A stretch of 64,000 nt of DNA from Selaginella moellendorffii (taxonomy: Eukaryota > Plantae > Lycopodiophyta): the NCBI RefSeq assembly GCF_000143415.4, contig NW_003314327.1, positions 520,775 to 584,774 of the forward strand, given 5' to 3'. Position numbers and translations under genes: made by a program. Below the pieces are notes generated by a model. That model saw only the letters and a list, made by a program, of their open reading frames with translations, did not search any database and had not been told where the DNA came from. Below, piece by piece: positions 12,545-27,400 of this stretch. Every line of letters starts with the position of its first letter. Within the stretch, counting starts at the first letter, position 1.

Positions 12545-15500
12545 TGAGACCACTCTCGATACTCGAATGTGGTGAGTTGTTATAACACATTTCTGCAAGT
12601 CCCAAATGATTTACCCAATCGGTCTGGTCTCCCGAGATATAGCATCGCAAATAATCCTCTAGCTGCCTATTCACCCTTTCTGTTTGTCCGTCTGTCAAGA
12701 AGTGTTAGTGCCATCAAACTTGACTTAATACCCAATACCTGTCTATGGGTGATAGGCTATGCTGAATTTCAACTTGGTGCGATACTGTTTCAGGAGAGTT
12801 CTCCAGAACCTATTGGTGAAGATCTTATCTCGATTTAAGATAATCTCTTCCAGCCTTCCCCGCACTCGAACCACTTGTTCGAAGAACATGTTCACCACAC
12901 CTTCCGCATCCACTTCCGTTGTGGTGGGTATGAAATGTGCCATCTTCGAAAAATCGGTTCACCACCACAAATATCGCATCGAACCCCTCGCTTGGGGGGA
13001 GTCCCGTGATAAAGTCCATCGTAAGACATTTCTACAGATGATTTAGAATTGGGATGCTTTGTAACAAGCCCCCACTAGCCTTAGTCACGGCTTTGACTTG
13101 CTGATATGTTGGGCATGTCTTTATATAGTTTTGGACGTCCTTAGCCATATCTGGCCAGTGGTACTTCCTAAAGCCCATCATTTTAGGCACTCTGCCGTGT
13201 CTCGCAAGAGGTCCGTCATGACACTCTTCCAAGGCTACCTTCCTTAGTTCCCCTTTTGGAACATACACCCTCGTTTGCTTGTAATAGATGAGTCTGTTGC
13301 GTTCTACATAGCCCATTTTCTCTTCCGTTGGCAGCTCACCTCTCTGGTGAGCTTCCCGTGCCTCCAGATTCCTCAGCAATACTTCTTGTGCTAGACCATT
13401 AGTTTCATATGCTGTCCGCACATCATCCCAAAAGGTTGCTGTCGTGCTGGATATCGCCAACTTCAAGCTTGCTTTTCGACTTAGCACATCAGCCACGATG
13501 TTGCTCTTCCCAGGCTTATACAGAATCTCGCAATCAAACTTGGCCAAAGCATTGGCCCACCGACCTTGATTCCTTCTCAGGTCGGGCTGTAACAAGAAGT
13601 GTTTCGTTGCCACATTGTCCGTGTAAACCTTAAAGTGTCTCCCAAGGTAGTGTCGCCACTCCTTGAGCACCTTAACCACCACAAACAATTCCTTCTCATG
13701 GGCAGGCCATTTCCTTTGAGCCTTGTCCAACTTCTTTGAGAAGAACGCTACTGGATGGTTGTCTTGCTTCAAAACTGTGCCCAATGCAAAGTCCAAAGCA
13801 TCTGTTTCTACCTCAAAGTCTTTACCAAAGTTTGGTAACGCCAACATTGGAGCCTTCCTCAACTTCCCTTTGAGGTGGATAAATGCCGCCTTGCATTCTG
13901 CTATTCATACCATTTTCCCTTTTCCCATTTGGTCTATTAAGGGCAAGGATACTCTTGAATAGTGTTTGATAAACTTTCGGTAGTAGTTGCATAGCCCCAA
14001 GAATGCCCTTAACTCGTGTACATTTGATGGTCGCTCCCAATCTTGGATCGCTTGGACCTTCTCAAGGTCCACTTTGAGCCCGTCCTTGCCCACCACATGC
14101 CCGAGAAACTTTACCTCTTGTTGAGCGAAGTCACATTTGCTCTCTTTAGCATACAGCTAGTGTTCCCTTAGTTTCTCAAACACTTTTGTCAAGTGTTCGG
14201 CATGCTCCTCTAGCGTCTCGCTATAGATCGATGTTGTCAATATAAACGACCACAAAGTGATCCAAATAGGGTACAAAGATGTGGTTCATCAACGCTGAAA
14301 ACGTTGCTGGCGCATTGCATAGCCCAAAGGACATCACCAAAAACTCAAAGCTCCCATACCTTGTTTAACAGGTTGTCTTCTCGACATCTTCCTTTGCTAC
14401 CTTGATCTGGTAGTATCCTGACCTTAGGTCAATCCTCAAGAAGTATTTTGCCTTTCCCAATCTATCGAACAAGTCCTCAATCCTTGGCAAAGGGTATTTG
14501 TTCTTATTTGTATACTTGTTGAGCAACCAATAGTCTATGCACATGCGCATAGATCCATCTTTCTTTTTCACAAATAACACCAGCGCCCCATATGACGACT
14601 TATTCAACCTAACATACTTTTTGTCCACCAACTCCTCTAGTTGGCGCTTGAGTTCCTCGAGTTCCTTTTCGTTCAAACAATAGGGGGGACGAACCACTGC
14701 CTCAGCACCCTCGACCAGCTCAATCTTATGTTCTATTGGTCGTGCGGGGGGCAACCCCACCGGTAGCTCCTCTGGCATGGTATCCTGGAATTGGTCCAAC
14801 ACTTGCTGGATCACTAAAGGTACTTCTTCCATTCCCGTCTTTTTGTCACTCTTCAGCACAAAAATGCTGCCTTGGTTCCTTTAGTGAGTTGTCCTCTCGT
14901 GGACACCAGGTTTAGGCAGAAATCTTTGGCCTTGCATTGCCCTACCTTTAGATCCTGAGCCTCCACCCCGGATCTTCTTCCTTGGGCATTCGCTAGTACC
15001 ACAAGGTTCCTACCTTGTCCATGTAGGGCTACCACAAACCGATTGAATCAATCCATCCCGAAGATCACGTCAAATCCCGCCATGTTCAACACGGTGAAAT
15101 CCATGTCCCTACTTCAACTCTCGCTTGTCGAAGTACCTCATTGGTGCTTTAGCTACCTTGAACAAACTTTATAGTCCTTGGTTTGCCCAGCCGCTGCATC
15201 GTTAGTCCGGCTTGCCGGATTATGTTGCAGCCACAAAATTATCCAAAGCACCTGTGTCAATAAGGATCTTAACAAAGCTAGTAGATGTCACGAACGACTC
15301 TCTACCAAAATTGCTCGTGTAATGAGTAACTTTGAGCTAGGGACTAGATCACATACCTCAATTTGCATTTCACCCGACTTAATGGTTATATTGGCTCTGG
15401 CCTTCTTCGGGTAGGGACATTCCCTCGAAAAGTGTCCTGCTTCACCGTAGTTGTAGTATATGTTGTTTCCCACGCTGCTAACTGACTTGACCTTCTTATC

Positions 15501-16555
15501 CATGAGTTTGTCTCTTTTTTCTTGACTTCCCCACGTACTTGCTCGCTAGCCACCGGATTTGCCTTTCCAGAACCCTGAGGACTCATTCTTAGAGAAACTC
15601 TTCTTGAATTTCCCTTTGCTATATGTTCCCCTTGGTTTGGCCCCTTTGTTAAATGTGGACCCCGACCCCGTCGTGTTCCACTTTCGCAAGTTATCGTTGA
15701 AATGCACCTTGATAGTCGCATCCAACGCTTCCTTATAGTTGGTTGGGTTCTAGTGTATCACCTCACCATGAGCCCAAGTTTGCAAGCCTGATATAAAGGC
15801 ATGGAACGCATCCATATCCCCCATATCCATAACAAGTATCCTCTTTGTTATAAACCCATTCACATACTTCTGAATTGTTCCAGTCTACTTCAACCTACTC
15901 AGCTTGTCTCTTAGATGCAGAGTAGCATTCGGAGGAACGTAAGTCGTGCAGATCCTCGCCTTCATCATCTCCCAAATGGCCACTAGTCCTTCGTTGCCCT
16001 CTGTTGTTTTCCACCAAGACTTGGCATTATCTGCCAAGTATAGTTTTGCACATGGGACCTTTTCCAAGCTCGGTAACCGCAATGCTCGGAAGTAATCCTC
16101 CATATCGTAAAACCAATCCTCCACCACCTTATAATCATTCACTCCCTTGAAGACCGGTAGGGGTTTTGGTTGTACTTGGGAACTGCCTGAGGGACTAATT
16201 CCACTTTGGTCTGTTTGACCTTGTTTGGTTTTGCCTTAGTCCCTATCGAAGGGTTCGCACTTTCTGCACTGCCAGCCTCTGTAGTCTTTTGCCTTTTCTT
16301 CCGCTTCTCGTCATGCTTTAGCTTGCGTACGAGAGTCTCCAGTAGGGCATTGGTCTGTGCCAATTGTCCTTCTAGAACGTCCAATCAAGCCTTGGACGAC
16401 CGAACTTCACCACCAGACTCCTATTTGGAAGTTTCCTCACAGGAGTCCTCCTCATGCAAGGATTCCTCATCCATAGCCTCTTGTTCAACTAGAGGTTCCA
16501 ACTCTGAAAGAGGTTCCGTCTTCGCCTTGGTTCGTTTCTGCCCTGCCTTTGCCAT
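12545..16555 (-). pseudogene. Degenerate Ty3/gypsy chromovirus-type gag-pol (integrase truncated)
   Basis: Gag LADNAKSWW and a decayed zinc knuckle [33 protein letters not shown] and [28 protein letters not shown] and HEKEL. IN MDFITGLP and TDGQTERVN. Many stops and frameshifts. Confidence 0.92.
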
Positions 16556-16599
16556 CTTCCAGCAATCTGCTTCTATCCTTCGCTACAACTGAGGAAAAC

Positions 16600-16611
16600 G
16601 CTCCGATACCA
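16600..16611 (-). promoter_or_regulatory. Primer-binding site (tRNA-iMet type, TGGTATCGGAGC)
   Basis: GCTCCGATACCA on the + strand, 3 nt from the LTR end and just upstream of gag. Confidence 0.85.
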
Positions 16612-16614
16612 AAT

Positions 16615-17352
16615 TGTAAACCACAAATTTTTCCTTTCCAATTTGCCAGCTTACCTCGTCTATCCGTCCAACACTGGCTTGGCTTTTGCTAAGTTCCCTC
16701 GCCAGGGTTCCCGCTTATGGTACCAGCTCCTACTTGGTCCTACTTGGTTTCAGCTACTCACTGCACAAGCAATGGAGTGTTAGCTATCCGTCCACGAATT
16801 CCTAAATCTCTCCCAATCCCCTTCCCCGGGTTAGACTGGACTTAAGGTTCAACTACACTCCCCGCAGGCACAAACAGCCAAGCACACCAAGCCTTTAGGT
16901 TCCTAACATCCCTTGGTACCACAAAACTTGATCATGGGACCCTCTAAATCCCATGTCTTAGGTGCAACACTTGCTTCGGGACGCCGGGGCGAAACACCAT
17001 GGCCTAACGGCCCAGTATGGGTACTTCTACCCCCCTTGTTCCATCCAGAAGGGAAGGCCCAAGCCCCTAGATAGGGTGAGGACTAATGAGCTGCAAGGTA
17101 CTCAAGTGGGACACCACTCCACATGAGCCGAGAGCACCACAGTTGGTTTCCCTTTTGGGAGTGGGAGCTGTTCTTGAGCACTTCCTTGGGTGGCCCCTCC
17201 AATACCACCCGAGTCCATGCTCACTCCCACCCAAGGCCCCTCGACCTCAGTCTCAACCTCAAATCAGTTTGGAAGCACTACTGGAAAGTTATTTCAAGAC
17301 TGGTTCCTAGACCTCACTATCCCTACTATACTTTTGGAACCCCCTGCAGCCC
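16615..17352 (-). mobile_element. 5' LTR (family L1, truncated) of the chromovirus-type element
   Basis: Closely matches 3284-4010 and adjoins the PBS. Confidence 0.85.
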
Positions 17353-17364
17353 TGGTTCTTTACA

Positions 17365-18659
17365 GTTGGGACCAAAAGCTTTGACTTGGAAAGTCAGGAG
17401 TGGGAGTGGAACTCTAAACAAAAGGCTCGAGGAATAAATACAAAGCAATTGATGTATGAGTCTCTAAAAAGGGAGATAAGAAGGATTGACACGTAGTAGG
17501 TGTCGTGACATGTGGATGTATTGGAGTCTGAGATAGAGCCCAAGGTCAAGACCAAGACCGAGACCAAGACTGAGACCGAAATTAAGACTGAGTCCGAGTC
17601 TAAGTCTGAGTCCGAGTTGGAGTTAGAGTCAGAGTTGGAGTCGAAGTCTGAGTTTGAGTTCAAGTTTGAGTCCTAGGGTGAAAGCCCAAAGTGGTTATCT
17701 TCTAGACTCTAGGGGGTTTGGTAAGCTCCAAAAGGATAGTAGGGGGGAAGACTTTAGTAGAACCAGTTTGGCTAGGAATGGCTAATGTGAACAAGGAAGG
17801 TTATACCCACATGGTGGGTGATGATATAATCATTGAGGAGTCTAAAGTTAGAGTGAATATGGATGGAGAGGTGGGGTAACTTAGTGGAGTGTTCAAGAGT
17901 TAGTTCTAACTCCCCCAAGAAATCGAATGGTCAATGCTTTCAATCCAAGTGTGGGTGGCACTACCTACTTAGATACCTGGCATGGCTCATCAGAACCTTG
18001 CTTTAGCCACATGGCTAGGGCACCCAGAGGCAAAAGGTCGGAAGAGTACACATAAGGATCACATTGGGATGTGGTGTTTCAAAATATCACCCCAAAATCC
18101 CAAATTGTGGAAAAGAAGAAGAGTAATCCTTTTGTGTAATGACCAAGGATACAATCATATGGCAAAAAAATCTTAAATGTCAATGGGACTTATTGGTTAA
18201 GCCTTTAAGCCTTGACATAATGAAGTATGGTCTTGAATGGAAAGGGATTTAATGGGGACTAAAGGAGGGATATTGGGGAAGGATGTTCCTGATGTCTTCA
18301 AGCATTTTAAGGATGCTAAAATGTGGTCATAGGATGATTACTCATTAACGGATAGCCGAATTTTTGGGAGACAAGATTATGGTACAAGTGGTTTTAGACT
18401 ACCCATAAGACAAAAGTGAATGGAAATAGCCTTAGCATAACAGTGATATGTTAGTGGTACATTTGGGTGTTTGTCGGGGGATTAGATATGTGGAGCAATT
18501 GAACCAAGTGCAAAGGTTGAGGGGTATAGATGCCATTCACATGGGTAGTATATCCCTAAGTCGAGAATAAGACTTATGGAGGTTGTGAGAGAAATTCCTT
18601 CAAGTGGTCAAAGGTGTGGTTAAGTGACTAAAGTAAAATGAAAAATTTAATCACTTACA
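17365..18659 (+). mobile_element. Old diverged L2 LTR
   Basis: Matches 3190-3260 and 4460-5988. Ends AATTTAATCACTTACA. Confidence 0.7.
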
Positions 18660-20889
18660 ACTTGGTATTGGATTTATTCCTTAGTTCAACTTTTATTGAT
18701 GGTCAAGTATATCATCACTTGATATTTGTATTAGAAGATCCTAGGAATGGGTCAATCATCAATGTGTAGCATATCAAGAGGGCATGACTCTCCACTTGAG
18801 TTTATATATGATTATATGGTCAATATGGTGGATAGAAAATGGCTAATAAAGGAATGACTTTGGGATTTTAGGAAAAATAAAAAAAAATTCTCATAAAATT
18901 AAGGATATGATTCAATAAACATTTGACTAAACAAACTAGATAATGTGGTTGTGGTAAACAACTATAGTTGGGATCATAAGAAAGATAAAGACTCCAAGAC
19001 AATAAAGAAGTCATAAAATTATCTTTATATGATTAGGGAACTGTGAGAGGTTAAATACGGCTTAGGACATATATCCTTGAAATATAATTAAAGCTACCTT
19101 TAATAAAAGCTAGAACAACCCAAGGAGTTGAGGGGTGTGTTTAAAGGATGAGTCAATGTTCTCATTGTACAGAATGATAGTTCTAAGGGGTAAAGGTAGC
19201 CCATGTGAAACAAAGGATAATAAAGTGTTGGAGCAACACTTACAAAGATAGTCTTTTTGAATATATGATTGATATTAAGTTTTATTAATTTTAATATAGA
19301 TAGTGTTGATGATTTAGCTTTAGTTTTGTGTTATTGGCATTTATGCATTTGCTAGTTAGCAATTGTATTGACATTCAAACAAACTAAATAACAAGTTTGA
19401 GTTAGTTATGTTCTATATGAGTTTATTAAGTAGAGGTTGAGCTTTGTCTTTTCTTTAAAAAGTGATACAGTTAATAACTATGCTAACTTTACAAAAGGAA
19501 AAGTTAATATTCAATATTGAAGATGTTAGTAGATTTGAATTGGGATATATCGATTATTGATGATTTTTCTTATACTTATTATAAAGTGAATTACATCTTG
19601 CTATAGATGGATTCATGAAGGATCTTTGATGATCATATGCTAAGCATAACTTCATTGTGCTAGGCTTTTAGATTGATGTAAATATGTTTTTCATAAGTTA
19701 ATTTATGCAAGACTCGTGATTATTGTCAGGCAAGACTTAGCTATATATTTCTTCAAGCTTTTAGTTCTTTGAGTTTTATGCTTATTATTCCATTTGTTAG
19801 GAGTTGTTAGGGAAGGCATTTTGGTTTATTGACTTCAATGTTGAAGTTAGTATTTGCATTTGGCAATCATTATTGATAATTGACTATCATCTTGGATAGT
19901 TGATTATCCTTATCAACAGTTTTGCTTGATTATTATTGATCTAAAATGATTTGCCATTCTTCGGGATGGTAGATTATTTCTTCAACGATGATTATATATC
20001 TCTTCATTAATGGGATGATTGATGTTCTTTCATGATGGTTAGTTATTCTCTTTGATAGCTTATGGTTTTTCACATTACCATATATTTTTTTTGTGGTTTG
20101 CTTTAGATTAGTTTTTTGGGTTTGAAACGTTGGTAGGATGTTACTGATACTTGCTTAAACAACTTGAGTTTCTTCATATTGTTGACTGGAATCTATTTAA
20201 ATTGGTTAGTGCGATGGTTAACATGAATGAGTGTTTGTTTGCTTTGCAATATTCATTCTATTTTGTTGACTATTGTTACAATTGCTTCTGATAGGTTGGA
20301 TGTTATTTCCTTTGAGTAATACATTCGCGAGCATTTTATTTATTAAGTCAATGATACTTTATGTTCTTTTAGTTGTCTTTTGCAAGTTGTTTAGCATGCT
20401 ATCTGAAATCTTTGATAGTTAAATTTTATCATTGAGTTTTCTTGATAATACACTGGCTATTGAATATTATTAGATGGTTAATCTTATGTTTTCCAACTAT
20501 AGTGATCTTGGTGGTTCATATACTTTAATACTGGTTTATCGAATGATAACTTACTTAGAATACTTTTTTGTTTTCTTATAAAATTTATTCATCGATAATT
20601 AAGTCTCTAAGATATCATTATCTTTGACTTTGATATTATCCATCTATTGATTTTTGAGTTTGGGCCAGTATAGGCAAATTGGCTTCGGCACTTCGTGTGT
20701 ATGGTGAAATCTTTAATCATAAAGTAGCTACTGTCAATTGGTCACATTATCCACCTCTTTATCGATGTTTCTTATTTCATTAAAAAGGCATGATCGTGTA
20801 AACAACTCTAACTACCTTTTTACAATAGCCTATCTAAACTTTACCAATGGGTTTGGTTTCTTTGTTAGGGCCTTTGGCTTCTCTCTCTA

Positions 20890-21314
20890 TGTCTGGAGAA
20901 AGAGGAAATAAACAAGATTGGAAGTTCAAGTTTAGGAAAACAAACTATAGAGGTTCAAGGTTAGGACTGTATTCCTAATCTTGATGTGAGCAGTAGTGAC
21001 TATAAAAGTAGGACTTAGAATGTTTTTAGACTTATCCTTAATACAAAATACATTGCAATATATTGTCATTCTGCCTATCTCTTTGGCTCTTCATGGCAAT
21101 GTCTTACTTACCCACTGCCTTCAAGGGATCAAAGGCATGGGACTAACACCTTCATGCTCATGTTCACAGTCTCAAATTGGATTGGCATAAGCAAGTAAGT
21201 GCACTCTTTTCGTAGTGTAGTTTTTGATTAAGGGACTAATTTAGATTTGAAACCTTCTAGGAAAATTTTGTATGGACATTTTCCTCCCAGTTTAGAAAAT
21301 TCCAGAAGTTTTCA
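20890..21314 (+). repeat. Terminal-repeat module with hairpin, belonging to the third gypsy element
   Basis: Direct repeat of 31743-32114. The first ~135 bp are inverted relative to 31580-31716. Contains a degenerate copy of the hairpin consensus TCAAGGTTAGGA-CTGTAT-TCCTAACCTTGA. Confidence 0.7.
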
Positions 21315-21899
21315 CTAGTGACTATGGTTGGATAAGGTGACGTGAAGAGCTTATGGGATAGAGCAAACCAAGATGATCATTTCCCCCAGAACTTCAAGGA
21401 AAACGGACTAAAGACACACAAGACGATGGTGTAGGAAGAAAAAGACCCAAAAATCAAGAAAAACAAGACCGTAAAACAAAAACAGTGGAAAACCATGGAG
21501 AAATGAAGAAAACAAAAAACATGAAGAACACTTGAAAATTGAAGCCACCAAAGTCATGGAAAACTTGGAGCATATGTGGTTGAAGAAAGTGAATATTCCA
21601 AGAATCTACGACAAAGAGACGACCAAAGAAAAATTCTAGTGGCTGGAGATGAAGGAAGAATGAAAAAACATGACTGCCCATTTGGAGTGTACAAGATACA
21701 AAGACTACCTTTTGTGTGGTTTCAGAAATTGTGCAAAACCATACAAGCAATGCTACCAAAATGGCGATGCAACACTTGCAAACAAGCAAAAACAAGACTC
21801 CGAATTAGGGATGAAAATGCCATAGTGGAAGAGAGAAAGAAACAAGAAGAAATAGCTCAAGAAAACGACACCAAAAAGAGTGATGATAGTTTAGAAAAA

Positions 21900-23075
21900 A
21901 AACCTAGGAATGCAGGATGGAGTAGAGCGACACCTCCACAATCGTCGTCCACACTGCTACACTCCAGAGAAACAAGGATGGGAGGAGCTCAAGTGCAGTA
22001 ACCACATCAACTAGAAGCTCCCGCACAACTTCCTGCAGTAGTACCACTACTCCAAGCTAGCGATGTACACTCGTGAAGGCATTGAGAGCTTCTACGAGAA
22101 GATGTTTGTCAAGCCGATGGAGCAGTGCCTTTCCAAACTCGAAGACGGTTTCAAGCAGCTGAACCCCCCGATCAAAAGCATTCACAGCCATGGAATTTCG
22201 ACTCCAAAATCCTATAAGGAATCCTTCAACCTTGCGCAGTAGTTTCAGCAGGAAAATGCAAGGCACAACAAAGAAAGAATCCATGCGCTCAAAGAAGCAG
22301 CCCAGACTTACGAAGAGGAAGAAGAGGAGGAACCACATGAGGGAATGGCTATCCAAGATGCAGTGATGGAGCAATGATTGCGGGACATAACATGAGACAG
22401 TTGTGGGAGAGTGGAGAAAGAGGAAAAAGGCAAGTTCAGAACTTCAAGCTTAGGAAAACAAACTTGAGAAGTTCAAGGTTAAGAATACAATCTTAATCTT
22501 GAACCTCTCAAGTTCATGCTTTCCTAAGCTTGAACTTCCAAGCTTGCCTTTTTCCTCTTTCTCCACGACTGTCTCATGCTACATCCTGCAGTCAATGCTC
22601 TATTGCTGCATCCTAGGTAGCTGTTCTCTCATGTGGTTCTTCCTCCTCTTCTTCCTCTTCATAAGTTTGGTCTGTTTCTTCGAGCGCACGGATTCTTTCT
22701 TTTGCCATGAACAGCTCCTTGATGAGCCTTGCATTTTCCTATTGAAACTGTTGTGCAAGGTCGAAGGATTCCTTATAGGATTTTGGAGTCGGAATTTCAT
22801 GGCTGTGAATGCTCTTGATCGCGGTGTTCAGCTGCTTGAAACTATCCTCAAGTTGGGAAAGGCACTGCTCCATCGGCTTGATGAACGTTTTCTCGATGCC
22901 TTCACGAGTGTACACTGCTAGCTTGGAGTCGTGGTACTGCTGCAGGAAGTTGTGCGAGAGCTTTTGATTGCTGTGATTGCCGCGCTCAAGCTCCTCCCGT
23001 CCTCGTTTCTTTGGAGTGTAGCAGTGTGGAGGATGATTGTGGAGGTGTCGCTTTGCTCCATCCTGCATTCCCTAG
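21900..23075. repeat. Large imperfect inverted duplication centred on a hairpin at ~22490
   Basis: ORF 22057-22374 (-) and ORF 22499-22921 (+) encode near-identical peptides. Arms are ~580 bp. Confidence 0.85.
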
Positions 23076-24300
23076 TTCACCATCTCCTCAGCTTCTTTGA
23101 TTGGTGGGAGCTCCTAACTTGCCTCGTCCAAACCCTACTCATTGTCTTTGGCTGTTGCGGTTATCACAACCGTTTCAGGCTCAAGGTTGTAGTCTTGTGT
23201 TGCAGACTCAAGACTGCAAAATGGAGTCTCTAGGAGCTTGTCATTGGTAATCCCTTCCTCTTGATTTTCCTCTAGCGCTGGGATCTCCTGCATGTGATTC
23301 ATCAGTTTTTCCCCGTCATGGGGTGGTTCCTCCTACATGTTCTTGTGGTCCTCAACCTCCTGTTCCTTTTATGTTTCCTTCTTGGCTTCATCTTGTTCAT
23401 CCTCAACTTCCACTTGCTTTTCCTTCGCTTCCTCATGGTTGTCCTGCTCCTCTTCCTTTGTTTCCTGTGCCTCACTTCCTTTGCCAAGGTCGACCTTCTC
23501 CTCCACTGTTTTCACTTGGGCTTGAGGGACAAGTACCAATGCCCTTTCATTGTTCAGCGACAAAGCCTCTATATATGGAAAAAGTGTCGTTGTAATTTTC
23601 TTCTTACTCTCCAGCGCATTGAAAACCTATGAGTGTTCCCTATGGAACTTGATGTAAACATATGCTCCCAAGTCGACTTGGACTCCATTGTTCAAGTCCT
23701 CATAGATGAAGGTGACGTTCTTGCTCACTGATGTCACCGTTCGTCAGAACTCCAATGTTGCGAGAAGGAATTTGAAAATCCCTCGCAAATTTTCTTTCAC
23801 ATTTGAGAACTGTAGAGATGCTGTTGTCTTGTAGTTTGCTGCGTGCTTCATGATCTTCGGGTCAATGGCTCTATCTCGTGGAGCCGTCACTCGCTTTCCC
23901 CTATTCGGTAGTTGAAGAGCTTTAGCAAATTCTTCTTCAATCATGAGTTTCCTGCACATAAAATTGATAATTTTCCTCTTGATACCGTGTGGATCAAAGC
24001 TTGCCATAGCCATCATGAGAACTGAGAATGCATAGAGCTGATACTTCCACAACCATGCATCAAGAGTCTTGTCTCAAGACCACATTCGGTTTCCCACTTG
24101 GAAAACTGAGCATACCTTGTTCTCATCATTCGAGAGGTCAATCACTTCCTCCTCTTCCTATGGATGGCATGGAGCCCTCAAAGTGACTCTAGTCCTCATT
24201 GAAGCTGCACTTTCACCATACCCAGAATCGCCACAGCCTTGACCACTGTTTGCCCCTGGTGGGCTCCCTCTTTCCTCACACATCATCGCCCGTAACTCTT
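22600..24300 (-). pseudogene. Decayed extra ORF downstream of integrase (E/K/Q-rich, coiled-coil-like)
   Basis: Fragmented ORFs 23744-24052, 23369-23563 and 22739-23068 in the same sense as pol. A second partial copy lies at 21330-22400 (+). Confidence 0.5.
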
Positions 24301-24499
24301 TTCTTCTCTGCCAAGATTAGGGTTAGGTCACATTCTTGTTGAGGTGAATTTTCTCTAAGTGTTTGCATGCGTTCAAATGTGTTTTCTTCGATCTCTCTGA
24401 GCGTTTTCTCTTGAAATTTCTAGTATTCCACTATAGTGTGAAGCACTGTGGTTGCTTATAAATCTTCAATTTGTTCAAGTTAACTACTTGCAATTTTTC

Positions 24500-27400
24500 A
24501 TCATCTAAAGTTGCAAGTTTTGCTATTCCTAGGATTTGTATACTCATAATCTTGAATGGTCCTTCCCATTGATGAACAAGTTTTCCTCCAAGTTTATCCA
24601 CATTGCCACGATACCATAATACAAGATCTCCTACTTTGTAATGCGCTTTGTTTTTCTTGACTTGTTTGCAATCGTGATAAGCTTTTTTTCTAGTCTGTAT
24701 TGCTTCGATTGTCTATATTGCACTTAGTCTTTCTTCATCGAGTTTCTCGAGCATTGCAAGTCTTTTCTTGATTAATTCTTCTTGATTAATTTCAAGTTCA
24801 ATGGCCATTCTCAAGGATGGCACTGTGTACTTGAGTGGTGTTAATACTTCAATGCCATAAACAAGCTTGAAAGGTGTAGAATTTGTTGAAACTTTGTAGG
24901 TAGTTCTATAAGCCCAAAGAACATCATAAATTCTTTCATCCCAATCTTTAAGGTTTGTCTTGACTATTTTCTTGAGTATGTTTTTGAGTGTTTTGTTTGT
25001 TGATTCTACTTCTCTATTACCCTATGGGTAATATGGTGTTGACTTCTTATGGTTGATGATAAATTCTTTAACGAGAATGTCGATGGTTTTTTTCAGAAAA
25101 TGTGTTCTTCGATCTGTAACAATTTCTCGCAGTAATCCATATCTTGTAATAATTGTTTTGTAGAGAAACTTGGCTGTATTTTTTGCTGTGGCTTTCTTTA
25201 GTGGGAGAGCTTCTGCCCATTTTGTCATATAGTCGGTAGCGACTAAAATGTATTGATTTCCTTTGCTACTTTTTGCTATAGATCCAATGAAATCAAGTCC
25301 CCAACACTGGAAGGGTTCCAATGCTGTTTTCAGATTGAGTTCCTGAGTTTGTTTTCTTGGTGGAAACTTGGTTCTTTGACATATGTCACATTCTTGACAA
25401 TGCTGAGTGGTGTCTTTCCAGAGTGTCAGAAGCTTATCATCTTAGTTGAATTACCATAGGGGAACAAGTCACGAAATTCAATAATGACTTACTTGATTTA
25501 CACCTTTTTAAGGTCACAACTCAAGGAATGCTCTAGGATATTTACAACTTCTTGACAACAACCAAGATCCCAAATCACTACTTCACAAACAATCAAAAGA
25601 AACAATTTGTTTTGAGGACATGACAATATTCAGTCATGAGAGTCATGCAAGACGATCAGAAGGTCATTTTGCCGAATAAATTACGGCTAGGAAAGTGTTA
25701 CAAGCTGGATTAGTGTATGTTGTTTATCTGGCTTGTGGATAATCTCAAAGTTGAATTCTTGAAGTAGAGGAAACCATCTCGTGATTCTTCCAATGAGTAT
25801 TGTCTTATTGAGTAAGTGTAAGAGTGCTTAGTGATCAACTATGATCTTGACTTTGTTTGAAATAAGGTAATGTTGAAATTTGGTGAGTGCATAGACCATT
25901 CCTAATGCCTCTTTTTACGTGGTTGTATAGTTCATCTCCAATGGGGAGGGTCTTCGGCTTGCGTAGTAAATGGGATGGTCTCTATTATTGGTTTTTCTTT
26001 GGCAAAGTATAGCTCCAAGTGCATAATCAGATGCATTTACTTGGACAATGAATTCTTGAGTCTAGTCTGGTTGAACCAATATGGGGGCTTTTGTAAGCTT
26101 ATCCTTAAGTGTGTCAAAGGCCAGTTGGCAATCTTGTGTCCATGTGTAAGCTTAAGATTTCTTAAGTAGCTCCATGAGCAGTTTAGCAAGCTTTGCATAG
26201 TCTTGAATAAATTGTCTATGGTAACCCATTTTTCCGAGAAATCTTCTCAAACTTGTTAAATCCATAGATGGAGTCATTTTGACAATGACCTTATTTTTTG
26301 CTTTGTCAATGAGAATTCTGTCTTTACAAATGACATGGCCAAGTAATATTCCTGATTTGACAAAGAAAATACATTTTTCTGGATTAAGTGCAACTCGGTT
26401 TTGTCAACATTTAATAAAACACTTTTCTAAGTGTTCAAGGTGTTTATCTTTTGCTCCAAAGACGCTGAAGTCATCCATGAAGACTTGCATAAAATCAGTC
26501 AAGTATTCTTGAAACGTGTCGGTAATTATCCTTTGAAAAGTAAATGGTGCATTTGTTAATTTGAATGGTATTCTTGAGTATGCATATACGCCCCATAGAC
26601 TTATGAAGGCACTCTTGTATTGATCTTCTGGTGCTATGTGAAGTTGATTATAACTCGAAAATCTGTCAAGGAATGAGTACATCTTATGTCCTGCAACTGT
26701 CAAGTATCTCATTTGAGAATGGTATGGGAAAAGAGTCTTTTGCCATCACATCATTCAACTTTTTGTAATTGTCGTTTGCAATTTGTCGTTTTTCTTCGGG
26801 ACAATAACCAATGGTGACAACCATTGTACATTCTTGATGGGGTAAATGAATCCAACATTTGGTAGTTTGTTGAGTTCTGTTTTGACTTTATCGGTGAAGT
26901 TTGGGTTCATGCAATAAGCTGTTTGCTTGATTGGTCGAGTTCCTAGTAATAACTCTATGCGATGTGTACATAACTCCAGTGGTATTCCCTTGAGATCTTT
27001 GTATGACCATGCGAAAATGTCCTTGTAGGTTATAAGTAATTGTTGAGCTTTTATCTTGAAGTCTTTGTCAAGATTTGCAATGATAATTATGTTGTGTGGA
27101 TTTTCTTGAGGTCTGAGATTGAGTTCTTCAGTTTCTTCATTGAGGTTAATTCGGGGTGTAAATTTATTATTTCCAGATTGTAGGGCTGGATTAGCATCGA
27201 TCTGAATGTTGTATACTTTAGATTGTAGTTGTTCAGGCTTGAGAGTTGGCTTCTCGTTTTATTGTTTTATCTTTAATCTTTGGTGACATTGAGCTTGTAG
27301 CTTTGTAGAGTGGAGTGCTTGGTCCATCAAGTTTAAGTTGTTGTGCTGGTCATGATCCACTATTGGTAGTACATGGTGTAAATTGATTTCTTGAAAAGCT

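Noticed and set aside
18660-20889. AT-rich stretch, possibly a decayed retroelement
   Set aside because: No ORF or motif I can support, so left unannotated. The same applies to 55841-57300 and 57800-59000.
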